Of a stretch of 64,000 nucleotides of DNA, positions 1 to 10,445 are shown piece by piece. Origin of the DNA: an uncultured delta proteobacterium. GTDB lineage: Bacteria; Desulfobacterota; Desulfomonilia; Desulfomonilales; Desulfomonilaceae. The notes under the pieces were generated by a model. It was not told the DNA's origin. It was given only the letters and a program-made list of their open reading frames with translations, and made no database searches. Position 1 is the stretch's first letter. Each line of letters starts with the position of its first letter. The stretch covers positions 672,001 to 736,000 of the forward strand of contig CAWBKB010000003.1 in assembly GCA_963789265.1 (NCBI GenBank), written 5' to 3'. The position numbers were made by a program, and so were the translations under genes.

Positions 1-510
1 AAGGATAGACGAACGCCCCTTTTGGAGGCTGCTTTCGGAGGGTATTCGGAATTAGTTAAGATGCTTCTGAGTCGGGGCGCGGATGTAAACTGCCGAAACG
101 TGCATGGCACGACCGCGCTTATCGCAGCGTCCATCACGGGGCAACCCCAACTTGTTGAGCTGCTGCTGGACCGAGGGGCAGATGCTAATGTCGGCAACAA
201 GTACGGGAAAACGCCCCTCATGGAGGCTTCACTGAGCGGCTGCTGGAAAACAGTTGAAATTCTTTTGGCCAGGGGGGCAAAGGCTACAGCCGCGGATAAT
301 GACGGCAAGACCGCCCTGATGCTGGCAGCCCTATCGGATCACCAGGAAGTGGTTCGAATGCTTTTAAGGTACGGCGCGGACGTCAATCAAAAGGATAACG
401 CTGGAAACACCGCTGTGACAGAGGCCATCAAGTTCGGTCGAAAAGATCTGGTGAAGCAACTTCTGGCCAACCTCCCGGAGGACTCCAGCACGTGTGACTC
501 GGCAGCATGA
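1..510 (+). CDS. Ankyrin repeat protein (5' partial, frame open to window start)
   Basis: Repeated GxTxLxxA...G..elV..LL..GAdvN ankyrin motifs. Confidence 0.9.
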   Translation, partial: KDRRTPLLEAAFGGYSELVKMLLSRGADVNCRNVHGTTALIAASITGQPQLVELLLDRGADANVGNKYGKTPLMEASLSGCWKTVEILLARGAKATAADNDGKTALMLAALSDHQEVVRMLLRYGADVNQKDNAGNTAVTEAIKFGRKDLVKQLLANLPEDSSTCDSAA

Positions 511-582
511 ATTCTCATCGTAACCGTTAAGCAAAACATGCCGACCAGTGGGAGAATACTGAGCCCTCGCCGATGCGCTCTT

Positions 583-673
583 ATACCAATTCGAGTTCAA
601 CGTTGAAATGAAATCCCCTCTAACTCCCCTATATTAAAGGGGGGAAAGGGGGATTTTGAATGCGAATTGGTAT
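583..673. mobile_element. MITE-like element (shell A) with REP-like hairpin cargo
   Basis: ATACCAATTCGAGTTCAA ... TTGAATGCGAATTGGTAT inverted ends; internal AAATCCCCTCTAACTCCCCT..AAAGGGGGGAAAGGGGGATTT hairpin. Confidence 0.55.
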
Positions 674-1117
674 TATTCATTGTGCGAGAAAGTCGAAAGG
701 TTTCTCTTTGCTCCATGATCAGGTCTCGGCGGCGGCGAGGAGTCGAGTCCCCACGGTTTCGCCGTTTTCGGACCAATTCCCCATACGGAGTATCCGCGAC
801 CGGCCTGAAAGGCAAACCCCACGTTCAGCAGAGTTGCTGGTATGTTCCACGCCCCGGCGATCCAGGAAGGTGAACAGATAATTCCGAAGACTTAATAACG
901 CAAAAGAAGACACAAATATCGACGCTGAGTTACAAGAGTTGCAAGACAGATTTACTCAACTCAGACAAATGGCGGATGATTTAGGAACCTCCACTTGGGC
1001 ACTCCTGAAAGCCAAAGCATCTTCATGCTTGCTTCTATTTTCTTGACCATAGTGTTACTTGTGAGTTGTGATTTATGCTTCCAGTCATGGAGCATTCCAA
1101 AGAAAGGAATCCAGATC

Positions 1118-1900
1118 ATGGGGCAGGATTCACTGAAGTTTACCTACATCGGCGGACCGACCGCGCTGCTCGAATTCGGCGGACTTCGGATGCTCACCGA
1201 CCCGACGTTCGACCCTGGCGGGTCGCAGTATCCGACCGGCGCCTATACCTTGCGGAAAATCGCCGCTCCCGCACTTAGTGCCGAATCTCTTGGTCGCATT
1301 GATGCCGTACTGCTTAGCCACGACCATCACTTTGATAACCTTGATCGCGCCGGACGCGATCTGCTCAAGCGCGCAGGGATTGTACTCACTACGCGGGCAG
1401 GAGCCGAAAGACTGGGCGGCAAAGCTGTTGGTCTCGCTCCCTGGGCGAGTGCGGACCTGACGAGCCCAGAGGGTCGCGTTGTGCGGATCACGGGGACCCC
1501 GGCACGGCATGGGCCGGTTGACGGAGATCGCGGCCCGGTTACCGGCTTTGTGCTGGCCCTGGCAGAATCTACGAAAAGCGCAATCTATATTTCCGGCGAT
1601 ACGGTCTGGTGCGAAGGTGTAGCCGAGGTTGGCCGACGCTTCTCCGTCGGGGTTGCTGTCTTGTTCATGGGAGCAGCCCGCGTTCCGGAGGTTGGGCCCG
1701 CGCATCTCACCTTCACCGCACACGAGGCAGTTGAAGCCTCTCGCGTGTTTGCAGGTGCCACCATTATTCCTCTGCATTACGAAGGGTGGGCGCACTTCTC
1801 GGAGTCTCGCGAGGAAATTGAGGCTACTTTCGCCTTTGAGGGACTGGGACACCGCCTGCGATGGATGGAACCGGGCCGTGCGTCCACTGTTACCTACTAG
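1118..1900 (+). CDS. MBL-fold metallo-hydrolase
   Basis: LLSHDHHFDNLD motif, TDP, SGDT, PLHYEGWAHF; ATG 1118 after AAAGGA RBS. Confidence 0.88.
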   Translation: MGQDSLKFTYIGGPTALLEFGGLRMLTDPTFDPGGSQYPTGAYTLRKIAAPALSAESLGRIDAVLLSHDHHFDNLDRAGRDLLKRAGIVLTTRAGAERLGGKAVGLAPWASADLTSPEGRVVRITGTPARHGPVDGDRGPVTGFVLALAESTKSAIYISGDTVWCEGVAEVGRRFSVGVAVLFMGAARVPEVGPAHLTFTAHEAVEASRVFAGATIIPLHYEGWAHFSESREEIEATFAFEGLGHRLRWMEPGRASTVTY

Positions 1901-2112
1901 GGCAAACGATCTCCGCAAAGACCTGGGAGATCGTCGCGGAAGCCATAGCTTTAAACTTAGCGGCTTGAGAATCTCAATCAGCCCGTACCTTCGCTATGAC
2001 GTAGTCAACTGGATGCACAACGTCGCTCAACAACCAGCTCGATGGGGACGCTGCGTAGCTTCCGCGTTTTAGCCGCGGCGTGGCATTTGATTTTCCAATA
2101 GGAGGATTAGAC

Positions 2113-2889
2113 TTGGCTGGGCATCGAAAACGCATACTGGATCAATTCACGAGACAGGCTGTTCCTTTTTCCTCAGCGCCGGCAATGAAGAACGAGGATG
2201 CCCTTAGGCTATTGATAGATTTCGCCGGCGCCTCGTCACACGACACTGTCCTTGATGTGGCTTGCGGCCCCGGCATCGTTGTTTGCGCGTTCGCTGACGT
2301 CGTAGAGCACGCTACCGGAATTGACCTGACTCCGGCCATGATTGAGCGGGCGCGGCTTCTGCAAGCGGAAAAAGGACTGGATAATATAACCTGGCAAGTG
2401 GGTGATATAGTGCCGCTGCCCTGTCCCGACTGCTCTTTTTCCATTGTCACCTCGCGCTACGCTTTTCATCATCTGGAGGCGCCGCAGGCCGCGTTGTCCG
2501 AGATGAAGCGTGTCTGCCGGGTGGGTGGCAAAGTTCTTCTGATAGATCAGGTAGCGTCCGCGATTCCGGAAGAGGCTGAGGCTCTGAATCGTATGGAGCG
2601 CCTTCGCGATCCCTCGCATGTGCGGTCCTTGACCCTTGAGGAACTGCGGGAACGCTCTGCAAGCGTTGGGCTTTCCAGCCCGCGAGTAGGTTATTACACG
2701 GTAGAGGTGGAACTGGAAACGCTGCTCAGAGGTTCTTTCCCAAATAAAGGGGATGGAGAAAAGGTGCGACAAATGATCATGGAATCGCTGGATCATGGCG
2801 GGATGGGCGTCAAGATTCGACGTGTGAATGGGAAAGTGATCTTCTCCTATCCGATCGCTGTGCTGATGGCAGAGAGACAGGATGACTGA
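2113..2889 (+). CDS. Class I SAM-dependent methyltransferase
   Basis: VLDVACGPG motif I, SRYAFHH, RDPSHVR; TTG start after GGAGGA. Confidence 0.88.
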   Translation: MAGHRKRILDQFTRQAVPFSSAPAMKNEDALRLLIDFAGASSHDTVLDVACGPGIVVCAFADVVEHATGIDLTPAMIERARLLQAEKGLDNITWQVGDIVPLPCPDCSFSIVTSRYAFHHLEAPQAALSEMKRVCRVGGKVLLIDQVASAIPEEAEALNRMERLRDPSHVRSLTLEELRERSASVGLSSPRVGYYTVEVELETLLRGSFPNKGDGEKVRQMIMESLDHGGMGVKIRRVNGKVIFSYPIAVLMAERQDD

Positions 2890-2930
2890 TCCGAGTTCGC
2901 GGCCAGACGATCAGCAATCAAGTAAAGTAA

Positions 2931-3119
2931 AGCACGGATCTGACATATCCTCCGGCGTCCAGCGGGATAGCGCCCGAGCGTAAGTGTTTCGAGTAGGAAG
3001 AAGTCATCTGGAAACGACACTGACCTGGCGCCATGATGGTGCTCAGGTCAGTGGCACCCAACATCCAGTCAAGATCGGGTACTGGGTGCTACGGATCTAG
3101 GCTCTGTCAGATCCGTGCT
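2931..3119. mobile_element. MITE-like element (shell B)
   Basis: Perfect 15-bp inverted repeat AGCACGGATCTGACA (2931) / TGTCAGATCCGTGCT (3105); internal CACTGACCTG..CAGGTCAGTG hairpin; related copies at 5600 and 16725. Confidence 0.55.
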
Positions 3120-3166
3120 GCATTTCCTCGATTGTTCACCGTTTGACCATGCCCTGGACTACTTGT

Positions 3167-3409
3167 ATGAAAGCGAAATGGTATCAGACAGTACAATCGG
3201 TCACGAAGGCCGTCCCGTTGTTGCTGAAATTTCCGGAACGGAGGTTCTGGGCGGATTATGACTCGGAGGCAGATGTCCTGTACATCAGCTTTCGTCATCC
3301 CCAGAAAGCTATAGACACGGAGATGACTGAGGAAGGGATTTTGTTGCGCTTTAGGGGCGATGAGCTTGTCGGAATGACAATTTTGGATGCCTCAACACGC
3401 TCTACATAA
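3167..3409 (+). CDS. DUF2283-like small protein (putative antitoxin)
   Basis: DYDSEADVLYISF...EEGILLR...ELVGMTILDAS pattern; start uncertain. Confidence 0.75.
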   Translation: MKAKWYQTVQSVTKAVPLLLKFPERRFWADYDSEADVLYISFRHPQKAIDTEMTEEGILLRFRGDELVGMTILDASTRST

Positions 3410-3637
3410 GGCAGCATTCCGCCCGGATTTAACCCGCGCAACTGTGCCTCAACCTACCCCCGGGCATCGCGTATCCCCTCTTTTCCATTTATGATACCCT
3501 ACCGGTTGACTGAAGGTATCCCGCCTTACTCTCTCTTGAAGCGGCTTTCCAGTCTCTGAACCGGCATCAGATCTGGCACTCGGTGACTTTTCAGCATTGC
3601 CGTAAGCGGGCGCCTAAGCGACCAAATTTTGGCAACT

Positions 3638-4324
3638 TCAGTGCCTGGGGCCAAAGAGCGTCGTGCCGATCCTCACAAGAGTCGCCCCCTCTTCCACGGC
3701 CACTTCGAAATCGCCCGACATGCCCATCGAAAGCTCGTTCATCTCAGGGGACAGTATACCTGAACGCGTGAGCCTTTCGCTTAGCTCTCGCAGGCGGGCG
3801 AAATAGGGGCGTGCCCGGTCCGGATCATCGAAAAACGGGGGCATGGTCATGAATCCGATAAGATTTACCAACGGCAAGCCGCGAATCGACTCGACCAACT
3901 TCTCAACCTCGTTTTCACTGATCCCGGATTTTTGGGGCTCCCCAGAAAGATTTACCTGGATCATCACCCCTAGAGAACGATTTAGGGTCTCAGCCCGGTG
4001 ATTCAGGGTTTCCGCCACCTTCACATCGTCCACGGTCTCGATCACGTTGAACAGTTCCGCTGCCTTGCCGGCTTTGTTTTTCTGGAGATGCCCGATCATG
4101 TGAAACGCGACATCTGCCGGGAGCCTTTCCGGAAGCTCCTTGTAGGCTTCCTGAAGATAATTGTGCCCAATTATTTTGATGCCGGCAGCCAAGGCTTCTT
4201 CTATCTTTGCCCGACCTTGCCCCTTCGCGGCAGCCACGATTCGGACTCCTTTAGGGTTGCGGCCGACGCGTGTCGCGGCTGCGGCAATCTTGTTCCTAAT
4301 GAAAGCGAGGTTATCTGCGATCAT
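3638..4324 (-). CDS. yggS: YggS family PLP homeostasis protein
   Basis: HMIGHLQKNK, ELSMGMSGDFEVAVEEGATLVRIGT; ATGA overlap with maf stop. Confidence 0.93.
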   Translation of the reverse strand: MIADNLAFIRNKIAAAATRVGRNPKGVRIVAAAKGQGRAKIEEALAAGIKIIGHNYLQEAYKELPERLPADVAFHMIGHLQKNKAGKAAELFNVIETVDDVKVAETLNHRAETLNRSLGVMIQVNLSGEPQKSGISENEVEKLVESIRGLPLVNLIGFMTMPPFFDDPDRARPYFARLRELSERLTRSGILSPEMNELSMGMSGDFEVAVEEGATLVRIGTTLFGPRH

Positions 4325-4935
4325 GGTTTTCGATTGGCCCCCAGGAAGTCGAAAATGCCCAGTTCTTTCAAATCGCGAGCCAACTCGCAAATCGGAAGTC
4401 CCACTACATTGGTATATGAGCCCGAAATCCTCTCTACAATTCCGGAACCAATCCCTTGAATCGCGTATGCGCCGGCTTTATCCATTGGCTCGCCCGTATC
4501 GACATAATCAGTTATCTCCCGCGGTACCAGGTCTCGAATATGAACCTTGGATTTGACGCAGCGCACTCGTTTAAGCTCGGGAAAACTTGCACGGACAATC
4601 GCATAGCCGGTGAATACCTCATGGGTCCTTCCTGCAAGCATGGTCAACATGGCCCGAGCTTCGTTTTCATCGCAGGGCTTGCCGAGGATCTTCCCATCTA
4701 TGAGGACAATGGTGTCCGCGCCCAGTATCCACTGGTTGGGAATACGCCTCGAGACGTCTTCCGCCTTGTCGAGGGCAAGCCTGGAGACATGAGCTTGTGG
4801 GGTTTCACTTTCCAGATACTCTTCCCGTATGCCGGAGGGAACCACGCGGAAGCGAGCCCTCAGCCCGGCCAATAAATCCCTCCTCCTGGGCGATGCGGAT
4901 GCTAGGATCAAGTCTACCATTGAGCTCTTCGCCAT
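4321..4935 (-). CDS. maf: Maf family nucleoside triphosphate pyrophosphatase
   Basis: LILASASPRRRDLL, GADTIV, DKAGAYAIQG, SYTNVVGLP. Confidence 0.93.
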   Translation of the reverse strand: MAKSSMVDLILASASPRRRDLLAGLRARFRVVPSGIREEYLESETPQAHVSRLALDKAEDVSRRIPNQWILGADTIVLIDGKILGKPCDENEARAMLTMLAGRTHEVFTGYAIVRASFPELKRVRCVKSKVHIRDLVPREITDYVDTGEPMDKAGAYAIQGIGSGIVERISGSYTNVVGLPICELARDLKELGIFDFLGANRKP

Positions 4936-5112
4936 GCCTTCCACGTTGATGTGCACCTTAACGGATTATTGTGACGGAATAAAGTCCGGATTGCCGACCT
5001 CATGGTACAAACCACCTATGGAAGGTCGAGAAGCGGTTCACTTCGCTCTGGACACTCAGGATAGGCTCTGCTAAAAGAATGAAGTCAAATTTACGAGTAT
5101 AAGGAGACTATT

Positions 5113-5532
5113 TTGATAAAGCACTTGTTTTTTATTGCCACATTTGCAGTAAGCGCTGTGTTTCTTTGTGCCGCGCTCACCGAGGCGGCCAAGGTCCTGA
5201 CGACGGCGTCAGGACTGAAGATCGAAATCGTTCAGGAGGGGAACGGGCCGCTTCCCCAAAAAGGGCAAACCGTAATAGTACATTACGTCGGCACACTCCA
5301 AAACGGCAAAAAATTCGACAGCTCCAGGGATCGCGGTACGCCATTCAGCTTCGTCCTTGGACAGGGACAGGTCATTCGTGGATGGGACGAAGGGATCGCC
5401 TTAATGAAAGTAGGAAGTAGAGCCCGACTGACGATACCTCCTCAACTGGGATACGGCAGTGGAGGCGCGGGAAATGTGATTCCACCCAATGCTACCCTAA
5501 TATTTGATGTTGAATTGCTTGGAGTAAAGTGA
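5113..5532 (+). CDS. FKBP-type peptidyl-prolyl isomerase with signal peptide
   Basis: VHYVGTL..GKKFDSSRDR, GQVIRGWDEG, IPPNATLIFDVELL; AAGGAG RBS. Confidence 0.95.
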   Translation: MIKHLFFIATFAVSAVFLCAALTEAAKVLTTASGLKIEIVQEGNGPLPQKGQTVIVHYVGTLQNGKKFDSSRDRGTPFSFVLGQGQVIRGWDEGIALMKVGSRARLTIPPQLGYGSGGAGNVIPPNATLIFDVELLGVK

Positions 5533-5599
5533 GCCCGAAAGTTCCACGCGGACGCTTAACATCGGTTTTGAGCTTAATCAAGGAAAGACCCGCTAAATC

Positions 5600-5706
5600 C
5601 AGCACGGATCTGACAAATCCTCCCATAAGACGCGGGAAGCGCCGTCATGGCGGCGGGTCAATGCCGTTTGCTATTTGCCGATTCTCACTTATTCGAGAGC
5701 GAACCA
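5600..5706 (+). repeat. Shell-B-related dispersed repeat
   Basis: CAGCACGGATCTGACAAA..CGCGGGAAGC..TGCCGTTTGCTAT..ATTCTCACTT aligns by eye with 16751-16856. Confidence 0.7.
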
Positions 5707-5940
5707 GTGTCAATGCTTTATGGCGAACCGACATGAGAATTGCGGGCAAGGCCATTCGTCGGACACGGCCTTTCCCGCAAGACTTTTCGCCGATGCGCAT
5801 GACACCGGATTAATGATTTTGGGATATGTTTGGGGGAAAAAAGCGCTTACAGGTGAGATAAAAGAGGGCTCGTAATGTCGAATTTCGTCCTATGAATCTT
5901 GAGGACCCGAACTGGTCGTCACCGCCTCAGCAGTTGAGAC

Positions 5941-6126
5941 TCAAGAAGACTCTTCGACCTGCGTGCGTATTTCCTGGCCGAATTGATCGCTGAACAGATC
6001 CGCGTACCTCAGGATCCAGTCAATAACCGCATCCATGCCCAGATCTTTACCGGCCTTTTCCGACTCTATCCATTTGTGCCGCTCTATTTCCCGGCTCTGA
6101 ATCTCCAGGTATGTTTTTACGTCCAT
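5941..6126 (-). CDS. Small conserved protein (DUF4032-like motif)
   Basis: EIERHKWIESEKAGKDLG..A.IDW motif; upstream TTGACA-like promoter near 6190-6217. Confidence 0.65.
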   Translation of the reverse strand: MDVKTYLEIQSREIERHKWIESEKAGKDLGMDAVIDWILRYADLFSDQFGQEIRTQVEESS

Positions 6127-6260
6127 CTCTCTACCCAGGGATCTGCGTTGTCGATATCTTCCCAATCGTGTATTATGCCCGCTTACTATCTATAGCACCT
6201 GCTTGCCGCGTGTCAAGCTTAATGTGCGGGTGCGGATCAGCGAACCGGAGGCTGGGAAAA

Positions 6261-9034
6261 ATGGGCAATCCGTTGCTAGCAATAAGGGCGCTGGGCCAAT
6301 CGGTCTGGTACGACAACTTGAACCGAGATTTGCTCCGGTCGGGCGAGTTGAAGAGGATGATAGAAGAAGACGGAGTTTCGGGTGTGACGTCCAATCCTAC
6401 GATTTTCGAAAAAGCGCTCAGTAACGAGCGGGTTTACGATAGCGACCTTCATGCTCTAGTGGACATCGGCCTAGACGTGCCGGCGATCTACGAGGGCCTG
6501 GTAGTGCAGGACATTTGTGATGCAGCCGACCTTTTGAGACCCACGTATGAAAAATCCGCGGGGATGGACGGATACGTGAGCCTGGAGGTATCCCCGGAAC
6601 TTGCCTATGACACGGACCAGACCGAGAAGGAAGTGAGGCGCCTCTTTGCCTCTGTAAATCGTGAGAACGTGATGATAAAGGTTCCTGCAACATGGGATGG
6701 GCTGATGGCAGTAAAGGAGCTGATAAGCTCCGGGATCAACATCAACATAACTCTGATTTTTTCTCTCGAGCAATACCACAAAGCTGCCATGGCATACATA
6801 GAAGGGATGGAGAATTGGGTCGCTGATGGGGGAGACCCGAGAAAAGTGGCATCTGTGGCATCATTTTTCGTGAGCCGAGTCGACACCATGATTGACGAGA
6901 GGCTCCAGGAAATCGCTAATCCCAATATAAAAAGCACCGTTCTAGACCTGATGGGCAAAGCCGGGATCGCCAACGCCAAGCTGGCATATTCGCTTTATGG
7001 AGAACTCTTTCATGGGGAGCGCTTCGCGGAGCTTAAGGCAAAGGGCGCTATGCCTCAAAGGGTACTCTGGGCAAGCACGAGTACCAAGAATCCCGATTAC
7101 CCCGATATTTATTATGTGGATAACCTTCTTGGACCGGAAACAGTCAACACCTTGCCACCGGTGACTTTGAAAGCGTACCGCGATCACGGACAGGCAATTC
7201 CTCGCCTTGAACAAGGCTTGGATGCGGCGCGAGACCTGTTCCCGCAACTGGAAAATCTGGGAATACACGTTGACGGGATCATGGACCGGCTTTGGGAAGA
7301 CGGCGTAAAATCATTTGCTGACTCTTTTGATATGCTTATGGATGGGATACGAAAAAAACGCACTTGTCTGATTCGCGGTTGGGGGCATCGCTCTGCGTCG
7401 TTGGGGAGCCTTCGGAAACCGGTTAACGAAATTCTCGCTCAGTTCGACAAAGACAAAGTCACTGAAGGCATCTGGGCCGGGGACGTATCGCTCTGGACCG
7501 ATGATGAGAGAGAGCGATGCGTAATCGGCCAGAGACTTGGGTGGCTTCAAGCAGTCGAAACGATGACAGGTGAAAAAGAAACGGCTCAGAGATTTTGCCG
7601 CTGACATCAGGTCCTCCGGGTTTACCAGCGCAGTCTTGCTGGGGATGGGGGGAAGCGGCCTGGCGTCGGATGTCTTCGTTTCGTGCCTCGGCTGCGCGGA
7701 CGGATACCTTGATTTAAGAGTTCTTGATACCACGGTACCGGCATCGATTTTGGACTTGGAACGGAATCTGGATCTGGAGCACACTCTGTTCATTGTTTCG
7801 AGCAAGTCCGGTGGTACCATTGAGGTTGTTTCTCTGTACAAGTCCTTCAGGGCACGTATGCAACGCCTTTTTGGCACCAAAACAGGCAGCCGTTTCATTG
7901 CCATTACCGATCCAGGGACCTGCCTGGGAAAACTCGCGTCGGAGCATGGCTTTAGAAAGGTGTTTCTTAACCCGCCTGTCATCGGTGGTCGTTATAGCGC
8001 GATCTCATATTTCGGACTAGTACCCGCGGCTCTCATAGGCGCCGACCTTGACCGTTTATTGATGAGAGCGTCTCAATCGGTGGAAGCCTCCGGCCCGGAA
8101 GTTCCTGCTCTGGAAAACGCGGGAACCTGGCTTGGGGCCATTACGGCTCAAGCCTCTCTGGCCGGTCGCGACAAGTTGACTTTTGTCATTTCCAACAGAA
8201 TCAAGAGCTTCGGCTACTGGTTGGAGCAACTCATAGCGGAAAGCACAGGTAAGGCAGGTAAAGGAATTCTCCCTATCGAGGGGGAGACGGTCGGCAGTCC
8301 GGAATGCTACGGTAAAGATCGCATATTTGTATACCTCAGACTGGACGAAGACTCGACGGACGATAGTAATGTGTCGGCTCTCGAACAAACCGGACAACCG
8401 GTGATAACTCTGCGAATGCACTCGCCGTACGATGTGGGAAGAGAAATGTTCCGATGGGAATTTGCCACAGCCGTGGCGGGCATAGTTCTGAAGATCAACC
8501 CATTCGATCAGCCCAACGTTCAAGAGTCCAAAGATATCACGAATGGAATCATTGAGGCTTACGGGAAAGATCGCCGACGCGCCGGGTGCAGAGTACCTGA
8601 GAGCTGATGATCCGGGGTTGGCTTCGACGCTTAGGGACTTTATGCTTTCCATGAGACCGGGTGACTATCTTGCATTCAATGCTTTCATCTGCCCTAGCGC
8701 CGACAACCTGAACATTTTGCGAAGCATGCGCGTGGCAGCGCGAGACAGGTTTAACATTGCAACTGTCGCGGGATTCGGCCCCCGTTATCTCCACTCCACT
8801 GGCCAAATTCATAAAGGCGGTCCGGCTAAGGGCTTGTATATACAGATAACTGCCGACGACCCTGAAGATGTGACAATCCCAGGCGAAGCTTATTCATTCG
8901 GTGTCCTCAAATCCGCACAGGCGCAGGGAGATTACGAAGCTCTGAAGAAAAGGGGCAGACCCATCGTGCGTGTTCACCTCCGTTCCGAATCTGAAATATG
9001 GAATTTGCAGGAGGCCGTTCGAGGGGCTCTATAG
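6261..9034 (+). CDS. tal-pgi: Bifunctional transaldolase/phosphoglucose isomerase fusion, split by two +1 frameshifts (~7575, ~8580)
   Basis: Transaldolase GVTSNPTIF, SLEVSP, WASTSTK; PGI GMGGS, SKSGGT, GGRYS, EQLIAESTGK, NPFDQPNVQESK, GPRYLHSTGQ across three overlapping ORFs. Confidence 0.9.
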
Positions 9035-9203
9035 TAGTTCTCAAAAGTGTTGTCGTCATACGCAATGCATGTAGGCAACTTATTTGGATTGGTGGGACAG
9101 TCCCGCGAGGTGCGGGACAGGCTGTCTATTGGGAATGACGGGCAGGATGCCCATCGCCACCAAGCCATCTCCTTTTCCGCGGTTACTTTTGAGAACCGCT
9201 ATA
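9030..9203. mobile_element. MITE-like element (shell C), TA-flanked
   Basis: TATAGTAGTTCTCAAAAGT ... ACTTTTGAGAACCGCTATA inverted ends; internal REP-like hairpin shared with 24760-24840. Confidence 0.65.
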
Positions 9204-9458
9204 CGATGATAGTTCCCGAGCAGATGAATCCATCGGGGGATGGTAACTGCAAAATCTCGGTAAAACCGGCGAGACTTCCCGTGGACTTTCGCCATGCCGT
9301 GTGCCTGGTTTATTGCTGGACAATGATGAAATATCGTGGCAAGCTGACTACAAGGCGGGACTTGAGATTATGATTATCTTTAGGAGCAATCGGGCACTGG
9401 ATCTTCTCTTAAGCCATGCTCGATAGCCTTTTTTATACCGGTCGTGGGATGACTCTCA

Positions 9459-9683
9459 ATGTATACGAACTGCTACAAGATGAAACAGAATTCGGAATTA
9501 AGCCCTTTTCAAAAAAAGATAGAGGCTATCGATAACGTAATCTTGTGCGTCGCGGAAGTCGAAAACATGCTGGCTCAGATCGGCGCTTCGATGGTTACCG
9601 ATCTTGACCTCATCCAAAAACGGGTTCAAAACTGCTCGAAACTGCGCAGATCCTCCTGGAGAAGTCGGACCAGCAGAATGTAG
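9459..9683 (+). CDS. Hypothetical helical protein
   Basis: 74-aa ORF of plausible composition; C-terminus may be frameshifted. Confidence 0.35.
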   Translation: MYTNCYKMKQNSELSPFQKKIEAIDNVILCVAEVENMLAQIGASMVTDLDLIQKRVQNCSKLRRSSWRSRTSRM

Positions 9684-9768
9684 CAGCGGGTAGAAGACGT
9701 ATATCGGAACATCGCACTTCAGTAATTATTTTATAGCTGGAAATGGCTTTTCCCTTAAGAAAGCCTGA

Positions 9769-10413
9769 ATGAATTGTTATGAGGACATACAACGATTAGA
9801 AATTGCGGCAGTCATCTGGATTTGCTGGTGCGTGACGCATTCTCTGCTAAACAGTCAAGGCGTCGTCGCCTGGATACTGCCCCCTGGTAATCGTATCCGA
9901 CCCTATTATCGTCTTATCTATGTTGTTTTCTCCTCAATTACTCTTGGGCTCGTGTACTGGATCACACCACGAGACAACGACCTGCCTGTATTAAAGTGGC
10001 ACGGGGTCTTTATCGCGGTTCCAGCAGTTATCTGGGTAATTGCCCTGGCAATCGGTTACCTTTCCTTCCGATTCATCAATGCATGGGATTTCCTTGGCCT
10101 GACAGTGGTCGGAATCGGCCGAAAGACCAGAGGCACTTCGGATAAGCTTATTACCTGGGGTATTTACGGTGAAATACGCAATCCCCAGTTCCTTGTCGTA
10201 CTTATGCTCCTCTGGGCTAGAGACCTCACCTGCACCGGTTTGGTCATAAACATCGTTCTGTCCCTCTACCTGATCTCCGGAGCATTTATCGAAGAAAGGC
10301 GCCTCATACACAAGTTCGGCGAGGATTATGTGAGATACAGGTCCCACGTGCCGCGGTTCATCCCGAGAAGACTGCCTCCATTGCGACAATTATTGGGTGT
10401 TCGGGATAGATGA
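9769..10413 (+). CDS. Isoprenylcysteine carboxylmethyltransferase-family/NnrU-like membrane protein
   Basis: HSLL N-terminal motif, TM helices, GIYGEIRNPQF, EERRL..KFGEDY..Y...VPRFIP. Confidence 0.82.
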   Translation: MNCYEDIQRLEIAAVIWICWCVTHSLLNSQGVVAWILPPGNRIRPYYRLIYVVFSSITLGLVYWITPRDNDLPVLKWHGVFIAVPAVIWVIALAIGYLSFRFINAWDFLGLTVVGIGRKTRGTSDKLITWGIYGEIRNPQFLVVLMLLWARDLTCTGLVINIVLSLYLISGAFIEERRLIHKFGEDYVRYRSHVPRFIPRRLPPLRQLLGVRDR

Positions 10414-10445
10414 ATGCGAGCGGTCCGAGTGTTCCTGAGATCCAC

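Noticed and set aside
800..860. c-di-GMP-I riboswitch suggested by GGCAAACC
   Set aside because: The downstream GNRA hairpin and GACGCAAAGC-type element are absent
880..1046. Protein-like frame (DAELQELQDRFTQLRQMADDLG)
   Set aside because: No start, RBS or recognisable family; may be a gene remnant but unsupported
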